Source: Geosiphon pyriformis uo1 | Lineage: Eukaryota > Fungi > Glomeromycota | Length of the DNA: 64,000 nucleotides | Reading direction: 5' to 3' | Assembly: GCA_016748015.1 (NCBI GenBank) | Contig: JAAOMT010000031.1 | Coordinates: 400,372-464,371 of the forward strand | Shown here: positions 26,509-38,440 of the stretch, in pieces | Numbering within the stretch: the first letter of the stretch is position 1 | Layout of the letters: every line of letters begins with the position of its first letter | The notes under the pieces: model-generated | The model's database searches: none | Told to the model about the DNA's origin: nothing | Seen by the model: the letters and a program-made list of their open reading frames with translations, nothing else | Program-made: the position numbers and the translations under genes

Positions 26509-29500
26509 GTGGCAGAATCAGAAAGTATAGGAGCAAACCATTTAAGATTCACAAAATCCTTATTTCAATACTACTGTCAACACTTGGGATTGAACCACAA
26601 TCAGATATCAGCAGAATCACTCTTCAATTTCTATGTTAACAAAAAAATTGCCTATTTGTTAGGAACACCAGTAAACACTGAATCGGCAAGAGAAACTTTT
26701 TACCATGAATTAATCTAAAACACCAGCTTATCAACAAATTATAATTTTGCATCCATCATCATTGAGATTAATAAAAAAATTGAACATCACACACAACAAA
26801 GATACCCAATTACTTATGCCAGTAAAGGCAAAAGAAAATTACAAACACCAGCAGTAACACCTTAACGGATTCAACCACCCACTTGAAAAAAACACAGAAT
26901 TAAATCACCAACAAATCCATCATATCACTATATACCTGGAAGCACCATCAACATTACAGCAACAGATATGTCCACATTATATGCAATATCAACTTTTGGA
27001 CGATTCCTATTTTAAAGTAAACAAAGAAAAGAAGATCTTCTAGAACCATATAGTGCATATTTCGAAGGATTTAAGTCACAATCTCCAACACCATCAGAAC
27101 TTTAATCTTCACTACCACAACCAGATTTCGGAACCACAAGTCCCTGAAAAGTAACGGATTTGGAAGAAAAACAAAAAAAAGTGGAAGAAGAACAAAAAAA
27201 AGAGGAAGAAGAATCTGAAAATCAAGAATTTACTTACCAGAACCTGATCCCAAAAAACCCAAACATTGAAACCCCGAATTTTCAGACTCAGCAAAATCCA
27301 AATTTGGAAAATCCAGAAATTAAGACTTTGAATTTCCAAATGCAGCACAATCAAAATGATCACAACCCTAACATTAATAATTAACAACATTTATCTCCAG
27401 TAATCGTAATTAATTCAGCTCCACCAATCGACAAACAGCAACAACAGCTACTTCAACCACCTCAACAACCACAGCAGCCACTTCAATAGCCGTAACAACA
27501 ACTGCAACAACCAAACGTCAATCCAATGGCCTATGTTCCAATAGCAAAACTTGAGAAATTCACCAGCAAAAAAGACAATGCCCAAGTGTGGCTAAACGAT
27601 ATGGAGAAAACCATCATAGCCAATGGCTGAAATAACACCAGAGCCATGCAGGCCATTCTTTACTTTCTCCAAGATACCACCAATTTATGATATCAAAGCT
27701 TGGCTAACAAACCCCAAGATTTTGCTGCATTTAAGCTTGCATTCTTACAATACTTCAGCAACAATAATAGTATTAATTGGCTAGCAAACACTTTTACCAC
27801 TATCAAACAAAGGGAAAATGAAGCAGTCACTACTTATCTAAGATGTTTTCATAGGAATCTGCACCAGATTTAAGCAATTCAGGCTGACTATTTTACAGTG
27901 CCCCAAATTCTAAACCAATTTATTAAAGGTCTGTGCAGTAGCATCCTCCAATGCATATGTCTAATGCATCTAGCAAATCTTCAAGCCACAGTTACCAATG
28001 TCCAAGATTTTGAAGCAGCTGAACTCAAAGTTAATCATGCCCAAGCTGTTAATCTAGTGATGAATGAGTCATCTAAATTGGATTCCAAATTGAAACAATT
28101 TAGTGATTTCATCAATCAGAAATTAGAGGGATACTTAGCTGACAATTGCACAATTTATTAGCCATCCCAACAATGCAATAATTTAGGAATTACAAATTAC
28201 CCACAAAATCAGTCATGTTTCTCATCATCATCCAATCAGCCATGGCAGCAAGAAACGTGTATTTGCCACTACTGTGGTAAACAAAAACATTTGAGAATTG
28301 ATTGTTAGTTAAGAATAGAAAACCAATAATCAGGAAATCAATATTAAAACCCTGATCACAGGTTTCCAACTCTGAGTTATCAATTAAGCTCAGCAACATA
28401 TCAACTGACTTATCTGCCAATGACACAACAGCCAATATATCAACCACCCATATATCAATCTCCAGTTAATCCATCACAGCCACTAATAATATATCAACCA
28501 CTGCAGCCACAAATAATTTATCAAACACCTGCAATTCAAACACTGCCATCAAATCCAGCTCAAATGACATCAGGGAATCCTAAATTGAAAGTTACTCAAA
28601 ACTGGAGATTGGTGATAGTTGTTCACCAACCAATCTCCAGTTTATCCAACCAGCCATTCAGATCACAACAATTGAGTTCAGAAACTGGGTACACTCAAAA
28701 CCCGAGTTCCCAAAACTATTTAAGTCTTCTGGTTATCCCAGAAGGCACCTTACCCAACAACTGGAAACCCAAACAGAAGCAACCACTTACCAATATTCCA
28801 CCAGCCACTGTTATGGAAGACAAGTCTCTAGCAGCTATATTTCCTTTCAAAATCAAGGAACTGACAGAAACCCTGTTGTTCAGTAGAGCTGCACTCGAGA
28901 AAAAACTTATCACAGCAATGTACACAGATGCCAAAATTGATGGTCAGTCCATCAAACTGATTTTAAATAGTGGATTAGCTGGTAGCATCATCACAAGACA
29001 GCTCATGGACCAATTAGGTCACCGAGTTGATTGAGCTGCCAGTGCAAGGATAATTACTGCTAATGGAGCCACCAAGACACTAATTAGTGAAATAGATGCC
29101 CTACTTATTGAAGTCAATGGCATTATTGTACCAATTAAGGTATTAGTTATGGAAGCCACTTAGTACCAAACACTCATTAACAATGATTGGCTGTCCAAAA
29201 CCCATGTAATGCTCAATTGAAATACTCAAGAGCTTCAGTTTAGTCAAAACAGTCGATACACATGTGTACTAGCCACATGTGGCCACTTTAAACCCATCGA
29301 GTTTGAAGAAGAAAAAGAGAAACCTACTTGGGAAGCATACCAAGTCTTTTGAACTAATGAAGACCACAATAAGTTGCCGCCAATACTCTTCTGGGACAAC
29401 AACAATAAAAGAAAGCAGAAAAAAGAACTTACTTGGAATATTGACCAAGCCTGGGAAACTGATAATGATCAAAACAAATTAGCAAACTGGAAGTGGAAAA

Positions 29501-32500
29501 AAACAGACAAGGGAAAGAGAAAAGAGAAGGAAAAAAAAACCACTCCTATTAGCAGCACTTATAATTCATATGCTTACACCTCATCACAACCACCCAATTA
29601 TTGTCAACCAAAATTAAAATGTGTTGATTGTGGTAAGAGATTGTCATCAATGGGTGCTTGCTGTGGCAACAATGAAGAATATGCCATGGCCACAAAATTT
29701 TATTGCCACCTATGCTTTATAGAATGCTTTGGACAACCAAAATGACAAGGAAAGTAGGATAATCAACTCTGTCTCACATATGAAACTATCTTACCAGACA
29801 AAGAAATGTGGAATGACATTCCTGGGCATGGAGAAACATGTGATGAGACATGCCAGTACACCATCTTGATAAATGACTGGGTATGCAAGAAAACACCAAT
29901 TGACGATGCATAGAAAAGAGTGTTGTGACAATTGGAAGGATATTCCCACAACAAACATGAACTCTGGAGAATAGCGTATGTGAAAGCAGAAGGTGCAACA
30001 ACTAGCAAACTACTGGAAATTAAAAACAGCCCTCTATCTTTTCCTGAACCCAAATACATCCAAATTTTCAATGTCTTTGGCAACATTGAGGACAACCCAG
30101 AGGAATTTCATGAACATTACCAGTGATTAGCACCCACTAGAAAAGAGCAGAAACAATACTTGAAAGAACTAAACACCCAATTATGTGACCACTGTTTGAT
30201 CTCATGTGACTTCCAGTATTGTAATAAGTGTAATCTTATTTACAATTCATCACTACACATGATCTACATGATCTTAGAAGAAGACAAACCAATAAGCAAC
30301 TACACATCAGAATTGGAATCAGTTTTCAATCCCAATTCAAACTTTGACAACAATGATGATAAAAACACTAGTTCTAGCTCAGCTCAATATGGCAATAAAA
30401 GTCTCAACAATTCAGACTCTAATTCAAACCCAGAAATATACATTGTGCTTCTTGATCTCTCTAAGGAACAGAAACTCAAATAGTATAGTGATAATAATGA
30501 AAGTATTATGCCTGAACATGTATATAATACTGATGCAGAGTTTGATCTGAGATATCCAGGAAAGGATGCCATCAAATTAGAACCAAATTTATGCACATGT
30601 ATTGATCTCAAAATAGCTCTGAAAATTCTAGCAACAACCATAGTTCAATTAGCATCTAGGAGTAGTCTAGCGAAAAAAAAAATCAATATCAGAGGAAGAA
30701 TAATTGACACAAAGTATATAGAAAATATTATTGCTATGTTACAAAATGATTCAGAAAAGACCTATACTATAGAGCCAAATGAAAAGATAGCACAGGCAAT
30801 ATTCCTACTTCTGGTGAAAATAGCTCAGTTAGTTTCAGTGAGAAATAGGGAAGAATTAGGAATTACTGCTAGAAGGATACAGGGATTTAGATCAATAGAT
30901 AGAATAGATATACCAGTTAATATAACAGAGGAAGAGGTTATTGACAAAGGAGAAATTATCTCAACCCATCAATCAATCTCTATTCCACCATATGACTAGT
31001 ATATATTAGTCATAAAAAAAGAAGTAAAAAATCAAGCTCAATTGTTTAAAGCAGAAGCCATTATTTGCAAATCAAGAGAGATTGGACTCATTAATCTCTA
31101 TATATCAGCCAAAAGCCCCAAAAATATCAAAATTTCTATCTACAATACAACAGAAAGTGTTATTGAAATACCAAAAGAAATTATCATTGGATATTTAACC
31201 ACCAAAGTTGAGAATCAACCACCAAACCAAATTCTAGATTTTCCACAGCTTTGTGAATATGTGGACATCACATCACAAACCATTTATGAACGAAATGAAT
31301 GTTATCTGCTCCAACCAAAACAATTGAAACAGATAAACATGGGGAATCTAGATTCATTCCAACAAATGCAATTAAAGATATTATTCAACAAATTTAATGA
31401 CATCTTTGCCAGTGAAAATGAATTTGGCAGAACCAACATAATCTAGCATCAGATTAAAACTGGAGATACAATGTCAATTAAACAAAGAGCATACAGAGTA
31501 CCACCAGCTAGTCATGAGATCATTCATCAAGAAATTAATTAAATGTTTGACAATGGGCTAATTTAGCCATCAATGAGTCTATGGTTGTTACCAGTAGTAC
31601 TAGTTCAGAAAAAAAATGGAAAAATCTGCTTTTGTGTAGACTACTGGAAACTAAATGGAGTAACAAAGAGTGATAGTTATCCAACTCCAAAGATCCAAGA
31701 ATTATTCGATGCTTTTGGAGGAAATAAATGATTCTCAACACTGGATTTAGATAGTGGTTATTAACAAGTAGCCATGAATTCAGCCAACAAAGAGAAAACA
31801 GCGTTTACCACAAAAGAGGGAAATTTTGAGTTTGAAGTCATGTCATTCGGATTAATGAATGCTCCAGCAACATTCCAATAGCTTATGGAAATTGTCTATA
31901 TTGAATTACTATGGAAATTAGTAGTCGTATACTTGGATAACACCAATGTGTTCTCAAAAACATTCAATGATCATTTGCATCATCTCCAACAAGTGTTTGA
32001 AAGATTAAAAAGAGCCGAACTAAAGCTAAATATGACCAAATGTTTCTTTGGAAAAACTGAACTCAAGTTTTTGGAACATGTGGTGAGCAAAGATGGAATC
32101 AAAACAGATCCAGATAAGATTGCAATAGTAAAAAACTTTTCAGTACCAACAAACTTGTCAGAACTAAGGGCATTTTTGGGATTCACAGGCTATTATCAAT
32201 GTTTCATCAAGGACTTTTTTAAACTAGCCCAGCCACTTCATCATTTACAAACCAAAAATGTGAAGTATAAATGGACTGAAGCTCAACAAGAGGTGTTCAA
32301 CACACTGAAAAGAAAGCTTATTCAAGCTCCAGTATTGATGTATCCAGATCACAGCAAATCATTCATCATTACTACAGATACATTAAGTTAATTATTGGGA
32401 GCAGTACTATTACAAAAAGAACCAGATGGAAGAGAACATTCAGTAGCTTATGCCAATAGAAACTTAAGTCCAGCCAAAAAGAACTATAGAACACCAGCAC

Positions 32501-34030
32501 TGGAACATTTAACAATCTATTGGGCAGTCATAAAATGGAGAAAATACTTGAGCCAAAAGTTTAAAATATATATGGATCACAAGGGATTGACTTCAATCCA
32601 GAAACAAAAATTTGCAGATGATTATTATGCCAGATAAAAAATAGAACTTGTACCATTCAATTATACAGTACATTATAAAAAAAAAAAGACAATGGAAATG
32701 CTGACAGATTGTCACGAATGAGACAAATCTAAAAACATTTCAACTCAAAAATATATAACAAAAGATGAATACACAAAAATACCAACAACTCTAGCATTAT
32801 ATAAATACTCAATTGTTTAAGGAAAAATTATCTCAAAAAGAACAAAACAACATAAAACAGCAATCAAAATATTTCATCAATCATCAAAATATACTTTACC
32901 AAAAAAACAGAAAAAATCCAGACCAACTAACCAGAGTAATTACAGAATCAAAAAAAGAAACAATATTGTTTAACATGCACTCAGATCCAACAACAGAACA
33001 TTTTCATAAAGAAGCAATCATAAAAAGAGCCAAAAAAAGATACTATTAGCCATCAATATATCTAGACATTATCTAATATGTTCAAAGTTGTGATGCTTGT
33101 CAAAGAAGAGGTAGAACAAGACCAAATAAACCATTAAGACTAATCAAAGTGGGACAACCATTTGATCGCATTGGAATCGACTTAGTCAGACCATTAACAA
33201 TCATCAGCAGAGGCAACAGATATATTACAATAGCCATAAATTATCTCACTAAATGGCCAGAAGCAAAAGCCATTCAAAGAGCAGATGCAGAATCTGTTGC
33301 CAAATTTGTTCATCAAGATTTGATTTGTTGACATAGATGTCCAAAAGAACTATTATCAGATCAAAAAACTCACTTTGTGAACAGAACATTAGCAGAATTA
33401 AGTCAGAGATTTGGAATTAAAAGACCATTATTATCACCATACTATTCACAAACAAATGGGTTAGTTGAGAGGTTTAACTGAATATTGTGTAAAGCAATTG
33501 CCAAGATCAGTCAAAAAAATTAGGACAAATGAGATTTGTTTATACCATCAGTATTATTTGCTTATTGGACAATGAAGCAAGACACTACATAAGCAACACC
33601 ATTTGAATTAGTATATAGTAGAACAGCAACATTACCAGTTGAGATGGAAGTCACCACTTATCTAACAGAACCAATAACTAAAGACAATTTTCAGGAAATA
33701 TTGCTAAAAAAAACATATGACTTAATGAAAACATTAGAAAATAAATGGTGAAGAGCAGCTGATAACATCCAGAAGTCACAAGAAAAACAAAGATAATCAA
33801 CTACCAGACAAACCAGTTGAATTCAAGATTGAAGACAAAGTATTTCTACATTATGTCAAAGCGGAAAAACAATAGAATGGAAAATTTGACCCCAAATGGG
33901 ACAGACCATTTTACATAGAAAAAATTCTTGGAAATAGAGCTTATAAATTAAGATGAGACAACAAAATCTTAACCAAAGCAGCACATGGTGATTGACTAAA
34001 ACCATATTACCAAATAGCATTATCATCCAC
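26509..34030 (+). pseudogene. pol: Gypsy-2 gag-pol polyprotein (gag, CCHC, protease, Cys-rich, dUTPase, RT, RNase H, integrase with GPY/F motif)
   Basis: Fragments from 26509 to 32637 lie in one frame. Motifs CHYCGKQKHL, LILNSGLAG, VYLDNT, ITTDT, PFDRIGIDL and KWDRPF. Frame changes at the poly-A near 32680. Confidence 0.93.
30508..30900 (+). pseudogene. dut: Trimeric dUTPase domain within Gypsy-2 pol
   Basis: All five motifs appear in degenerate form: DAEFDL, RSSL, IIDTKY, IAQAI, RRIQGFRS. Confidence 0.9.
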
Positions 34031-34190
34031 CAATAACATTCCACAATTGGAAGTACAATGAATACTAGTTTAACCAAATAAGATTCCATGAGATCTGGAA
34101 CTAATCATAATTATTGGACCAAACACATAATATCAAACAAGAAAAGAGTATATAAAGACACAGTATATGTGACAAAGGCAACCAAAAAAA

Positions 34191-34826
34191 ATGGAAATAC
34201 CAGATCATATTCATGTTATAGCTCAACAATTGTTCTAGGCCTTAAGTAAACAACAGTTAGACATGGAAATTGTCATTAACAAACAAATAATTTACTATCG
34301 AAACACCCAAAGAAAGACAAAGAACACACCATATCAGCAACCACCAAAAAATGATAAAAACTGATCAGATAACATAATAGAAAAAGTAAAAAACACTTTT
34401 GGGAAAATACTTATTATAGCACCAACAAAAAAACTTACAAAAGAGAATTAAAAGCAATAGACAAAACAACTTCCAATATGATACTGTTACTACCAGTTAA
34501 GTCGAAAGTTAAATATTCAAGAGTTGTATATTGACAAATCCAAGAGAATATTTAACCAAAACATAATACAGCAAATTGAAGAATTTATTGGAAAAAAGAC
34601 AAATTCGACACTACATGTGAGAACAATTTATTGACTGCACAACATATTTCAGAACTACCCAGAAATACTGTTACACTCTGACATGGAAATTATAACCATT
34701 AATCAATGGGAAAGAATAAACAATGTACAAGTAGAAGATGTAAAAAATAAAGTCGAACAAACAATACTAGAAAAAGAAGTATTGGAGCTAATTCAAAATA
34801 AAGATTTCAACAGAGCTCAATATTAA
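34191..34826 (+). pseudogene. Extra ORF (ORF3) of Gypsy-2, 211 codons, unknown function
   Basis: Single frame MEIPDHIHVIAQQLF*...YYQLSRKL...KDFNRAQY* with 6 internal stops and no indels. Ends at the PPT. Confidence 0.75.
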
Positions 34827-34839
34827 AAAAAAAAGATAA

Positions 34840-35655
34840 TGTTACTCATAGAAAGAAAACAGATATAAGAAAATAGTAGACCAATAAGCAAATAGTATGT
34901 AGCATGTGAGCATATTGTTCAGCAATGTGGAGCAATGTCAGAAAACATAGCACATTGCTTAGCAATATGGAGCAATGTTAGAAAATTAAGGCACATTGCT
35001 TAGCAATATGAGTATTGCTTAAAAAATCATAGCACATTGCTTGAGAATATGAGCAATCTTATAGAACATCAATTATGTATATATAGTGATAGCATTAGAA
35101 GTAAAAAGAGCAGAATCCATCAGTTCGAAACCTTCCACATCACAAATATTAATAAATAATTATTCACTATCCCAATCCACTCTCCACTATTACCACTTCA
35201 TGTTGATAGTAATTAATACTTAACCACACTGGAACAATAGCTCTTAATTACACCTATTGATGGGATACTAACTTGCAATTGCTTTTGTTTATGTCTTTAT
35301 TTTCTTTTATTTTCTTTTATTTCTTTTTGTTATTTTTTTGGTTTTACTAAATTGATTAAGAATTAAGTGCTGAGATACAGACATCATAGGGACTGGTAAA
35401 AGACCTGTGAAACAAGGGTAAAACACTCATAGATTTGAGAATAGCTTACCAGAAGGATTACCGGCCACCATGCTGAGAAAAAAATTTGATAGAATTGTGA
35501 TTCCGGGAGGCTACTGAAAACAACTATTAAATCTCTGTTCATTATACAAAAAACTCCACAACCAAAACCTTCAGATATCAACACTTGAGTACCAACTAAG
35601 CACCAAGTTACAAATTTATTATTTAATTTGAGACTCCAAATAATTATCTGTAACA
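34840..35655 (+). repeat. 3' LTR of Gypsy-2 (816 bp)
   Basis: Direct repeat of the 5' LTR with 60 extra bp of an internal tandem unit of about 41 bp. Preceded by an A-converted PPT (AAAAAAAAAAGATAA). Confidence 0.95.
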
Positions 35656-36379
35656 ATGTGTAGAAAAAACATAATTCATACCTAGTTTAGATTATTTATA
35701 TAATGTATTGTATTAAGTAGCATTTGAATCTTACTCATAAAGTGTTAATATAAATATTAAAAAAATAGTTAATTTAAATAATTTTTACAAAAAATTTATA
35801 AATTGATTTAAATAAAAATTATGTTTTTTATTAAGTTATTTTTTTATTGTTTAATAAAATATAATTAAAATTATTATCTATATATATAAAATCTAAATAT
35901 TATTATTAATATAGTTTATGTTTTTATTTATATATTTAAAATTTTTTAACTAAATTATTATATAAATATATTTTTTTATATTTTAATTTGTTAATATAAT
36001 TAGATTAATTTATTTTAAGCATGATTTTATCTTTAAAATTAATTATTTTAGAATTTTTTTTAAATTATATTATGTTTTTTTTATTTTATTTTTATTTGGA
36101 TTATTAGTAATTCTTTTTTATATAAAAATATAAACAATTTTATAAATTTTAATAATCTTTTTAATAAATAATTTAACAAATATAAAACTTTTAAAACTTT
36201 ATTATATCAATTTTAAACATAAAATTTTTTATTAAAATTATATAAATTTGTTTTATAAAGACTAAATTATCATTTTAAAATAAAATTTTAATTTATTAAA
36301 ATTTTTAAACTTTAAAAACATTAATTACAAAACTAAATTATATAAATTATATATTTTTATATTTATAAATAAATTGATA

Positions 36380-37830
36380 ATTTTACTTTTTTATTTTTTT
36401 ATTAATTAATAAATAAAATTCAATTAATATCTAGTACATAAAAACAAATTAAGTATTTTTAAGTTAAATACAATTTATGTACTTTTTATATTATAACTAT
36501 TTAAATTAATCAAAGCTATATTATTAAACTTGAAAAAAAACTAAGTTTATATAATTCAAAACTAACTATAAAAACTTTAATAATATTAAATATGTAAATT
36601 ACTTTTTTAAACAATTTGATAAAAAGATTATTCTAAAAATTAAATTCTATACTATTATTATTAATTTATTTATTTTTTTATATTTATTTTAAATTCAAAT
36701 TTATATAGTTAAATTTTATTTTTATAATTTATAATCAGTTTATAAACAATATTTATTAACAATATACTTATTTTTTTATATTATCAAAAACTATAATAGT
36801 CTTAATATATTGGTTTTTTAATATTATGTTTTTATAAATAATAATATATAGACTAATATTAAAGATACTAGATATTAATACTTATAAGATTAATAATAAT
36901 AATATGTAAATATTAGCCAAAATTTTTTAACAATTAACAATTTTAAAATAATATTTTACAAATACTTATATTTTTTAGATATATAAAAACATAGTTTAAA
37001 AATTTTATTTTTAAGCAATATAAACATTAAATATTAAAATAACATTTACTGTAAATTTGTATTTTAATTATTATTAATAATCTTATATAAACAATTTTTA
37101 TTAAATATATTTATAAACTAATTAAAAATTTACTTATAAAATCAAAAAATATATATAAATTAAAATATTATATTATAATTATATGTTTTTAATTTATGTT
37201 TTAAATAAAATTTAGTTTTTTAATAAGCACATTATATTGTTTTGTAAAATTTTTTTACAAAGTTCTAAGTGTTTTTAAAAACAATATATTTATTTGTTAA
37301 TATATATTTATAATTAAAGCAAAAAACTATATAAAAAATACTATTATATTTGTAAGTTTGTTTGATTTTTTATTATTATTAATTTTAAAATACTTTTTAA
37401 TTTTATATTAGATTACTAAAATATTTTTTTTTTATTAATTAACTATATATTGTTTTTTAATCTAATAATAATTATAAAAATCAAATCTTATTAAATTAAG
37501 CTTTATAATATAAATATTTAATACTGTTTAATTATTTAAATAAATTATAATAATACTAGATATTAATATATATTCTAAAGCCAAAGCTATAGTTTATAAT
37601 TTAATTAGAATTAAGAAAATTAAACCATTAATTTTAACACTAATTTTAAGACTTAAACTAGCAAAATAGGCTGTTGTATTATAAATAATATTTGATAAGT
37701 CTAAATTTTTTAATAATTTATTTGTAAATATTTTAATAATTTCTAGATTTGTTTTTTATAAATTTATTTTTAATACTTTAAAATTTTTTGAATTATAAAT
37801 ATTTTATTAATAAAAATTAAATCTTTTGTT
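36380..37830 (-). mobile_element. Ghost of the 3' part of a related LINE (RNase H to tail)
   Basis: Reverse complement of 37560-37600 (aaactatagctttggctttagaatat) matches the LINE RNase H segment QTIALALEC. 37650-37735 matches VxTDGSLK...AAxFF. 3' UTR-like sequence and a T-run at about 36380-36510. Confidence 0.7.
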
Positions 37831-37839
37831 AACAATAGA

Positions 37840-38440
37840 GACTATTCTTCTATCTTCAAATTTCCTTGTTATCTTTTGAAAAGAATAGCAATTGAGATAT
37901 TTATGAGACTGATCTTACATATTGAATCTTTATTAATTCAATTCAAATATTAAAATTAAATTACTCTTTTTTTATTTTTATTGCCATACAATACTATCTT
38001 TTCTTGCTATCCATTAGCATGTTACATTTAATCATAACATAAAAGCGTTGCTTTCTGTAAATTTTTCAAATTCTTAATTCATTTATCATTGTATAAATGA
38101 TTGCGTTTTTTAGCACAAGAAACCCAAGATCATATTATAGTTCATAATTGAAATGATTTAGTCTACATCGAACTCAAACCTATTTTAGGAAGTATTATTA
38201 AAAATAAATATTTCCTAAAAAGTACAAACAATATCTGTTATTGAATTTTAAAAGCAGAGATTAAAACATAAAATTATATCAGCTATGTTATTTTTGTTAA
38301 TAATATGAATTATCTTAAAAAAATAGTGACTGAGATAATTATAAGACTAATCTCACATAAATTGAATTCATACAAATTCAATTTACTCTATTAAATATTT
38401 CTTTTTGATCATTTTTCTTGTTATATAATATCTACTTATA
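37840..38440 (+). mobile_element. Truncated relative of Gypsy-1 (LTR end, decayed PBS, start of first ORF, second LTR fragment)
   Basis: 37850-38039 is the reverse complement of the Gypsy-1 LTR start (ttgctatccattagc...ataaca). It is followed by taaaag, a PBS-like stretch, and sequence matching NDLNFIELN. Confidence 0.75.

Larger units (their letters stand above)
25693..35655 (+). mobile_element. Full-length inactivated Ty3/Gypsy element carrying dUTPase (Gypsy-2)
   Basis: LTRs 25693-26448 and 34840-35655 (TGTTAC...GTAACA). TSD ATAT/ATGT. PBS at 26451. Order is gag, PR, Cys-rich region, dUTPase, RT, RH, IN, ORF3. Confidence 0.96.
19052..35765 (+). mobile_element. Full-length inactivated LINE-B (19052-25692 plus 35656-35765), split in its 3' UTR by Gypsy-2
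   Basis: Colinear with LINE-A throughout. The 3' UTR resumes after the Gypsy 3' LTR (gtgtagaaaaaacataattcatacctagtttagattatt...). Confidence 0.93.

Noticed and set aside
11630-33331. Alternative genetic code or stop readthrough explaining the fragmented ORFs
   Set aside because: All three stop types occur, at different positions in LINE-A and LINE-B, and derive from CAR, CGA or TGG by transitions. Host genes use the standard code.
34030-34826. env gene or chromodomain after the integrase
   Set aside because: No signal peptide, TM anchor or furin site, and no chromodomain aromatic-cage pattern is visible.
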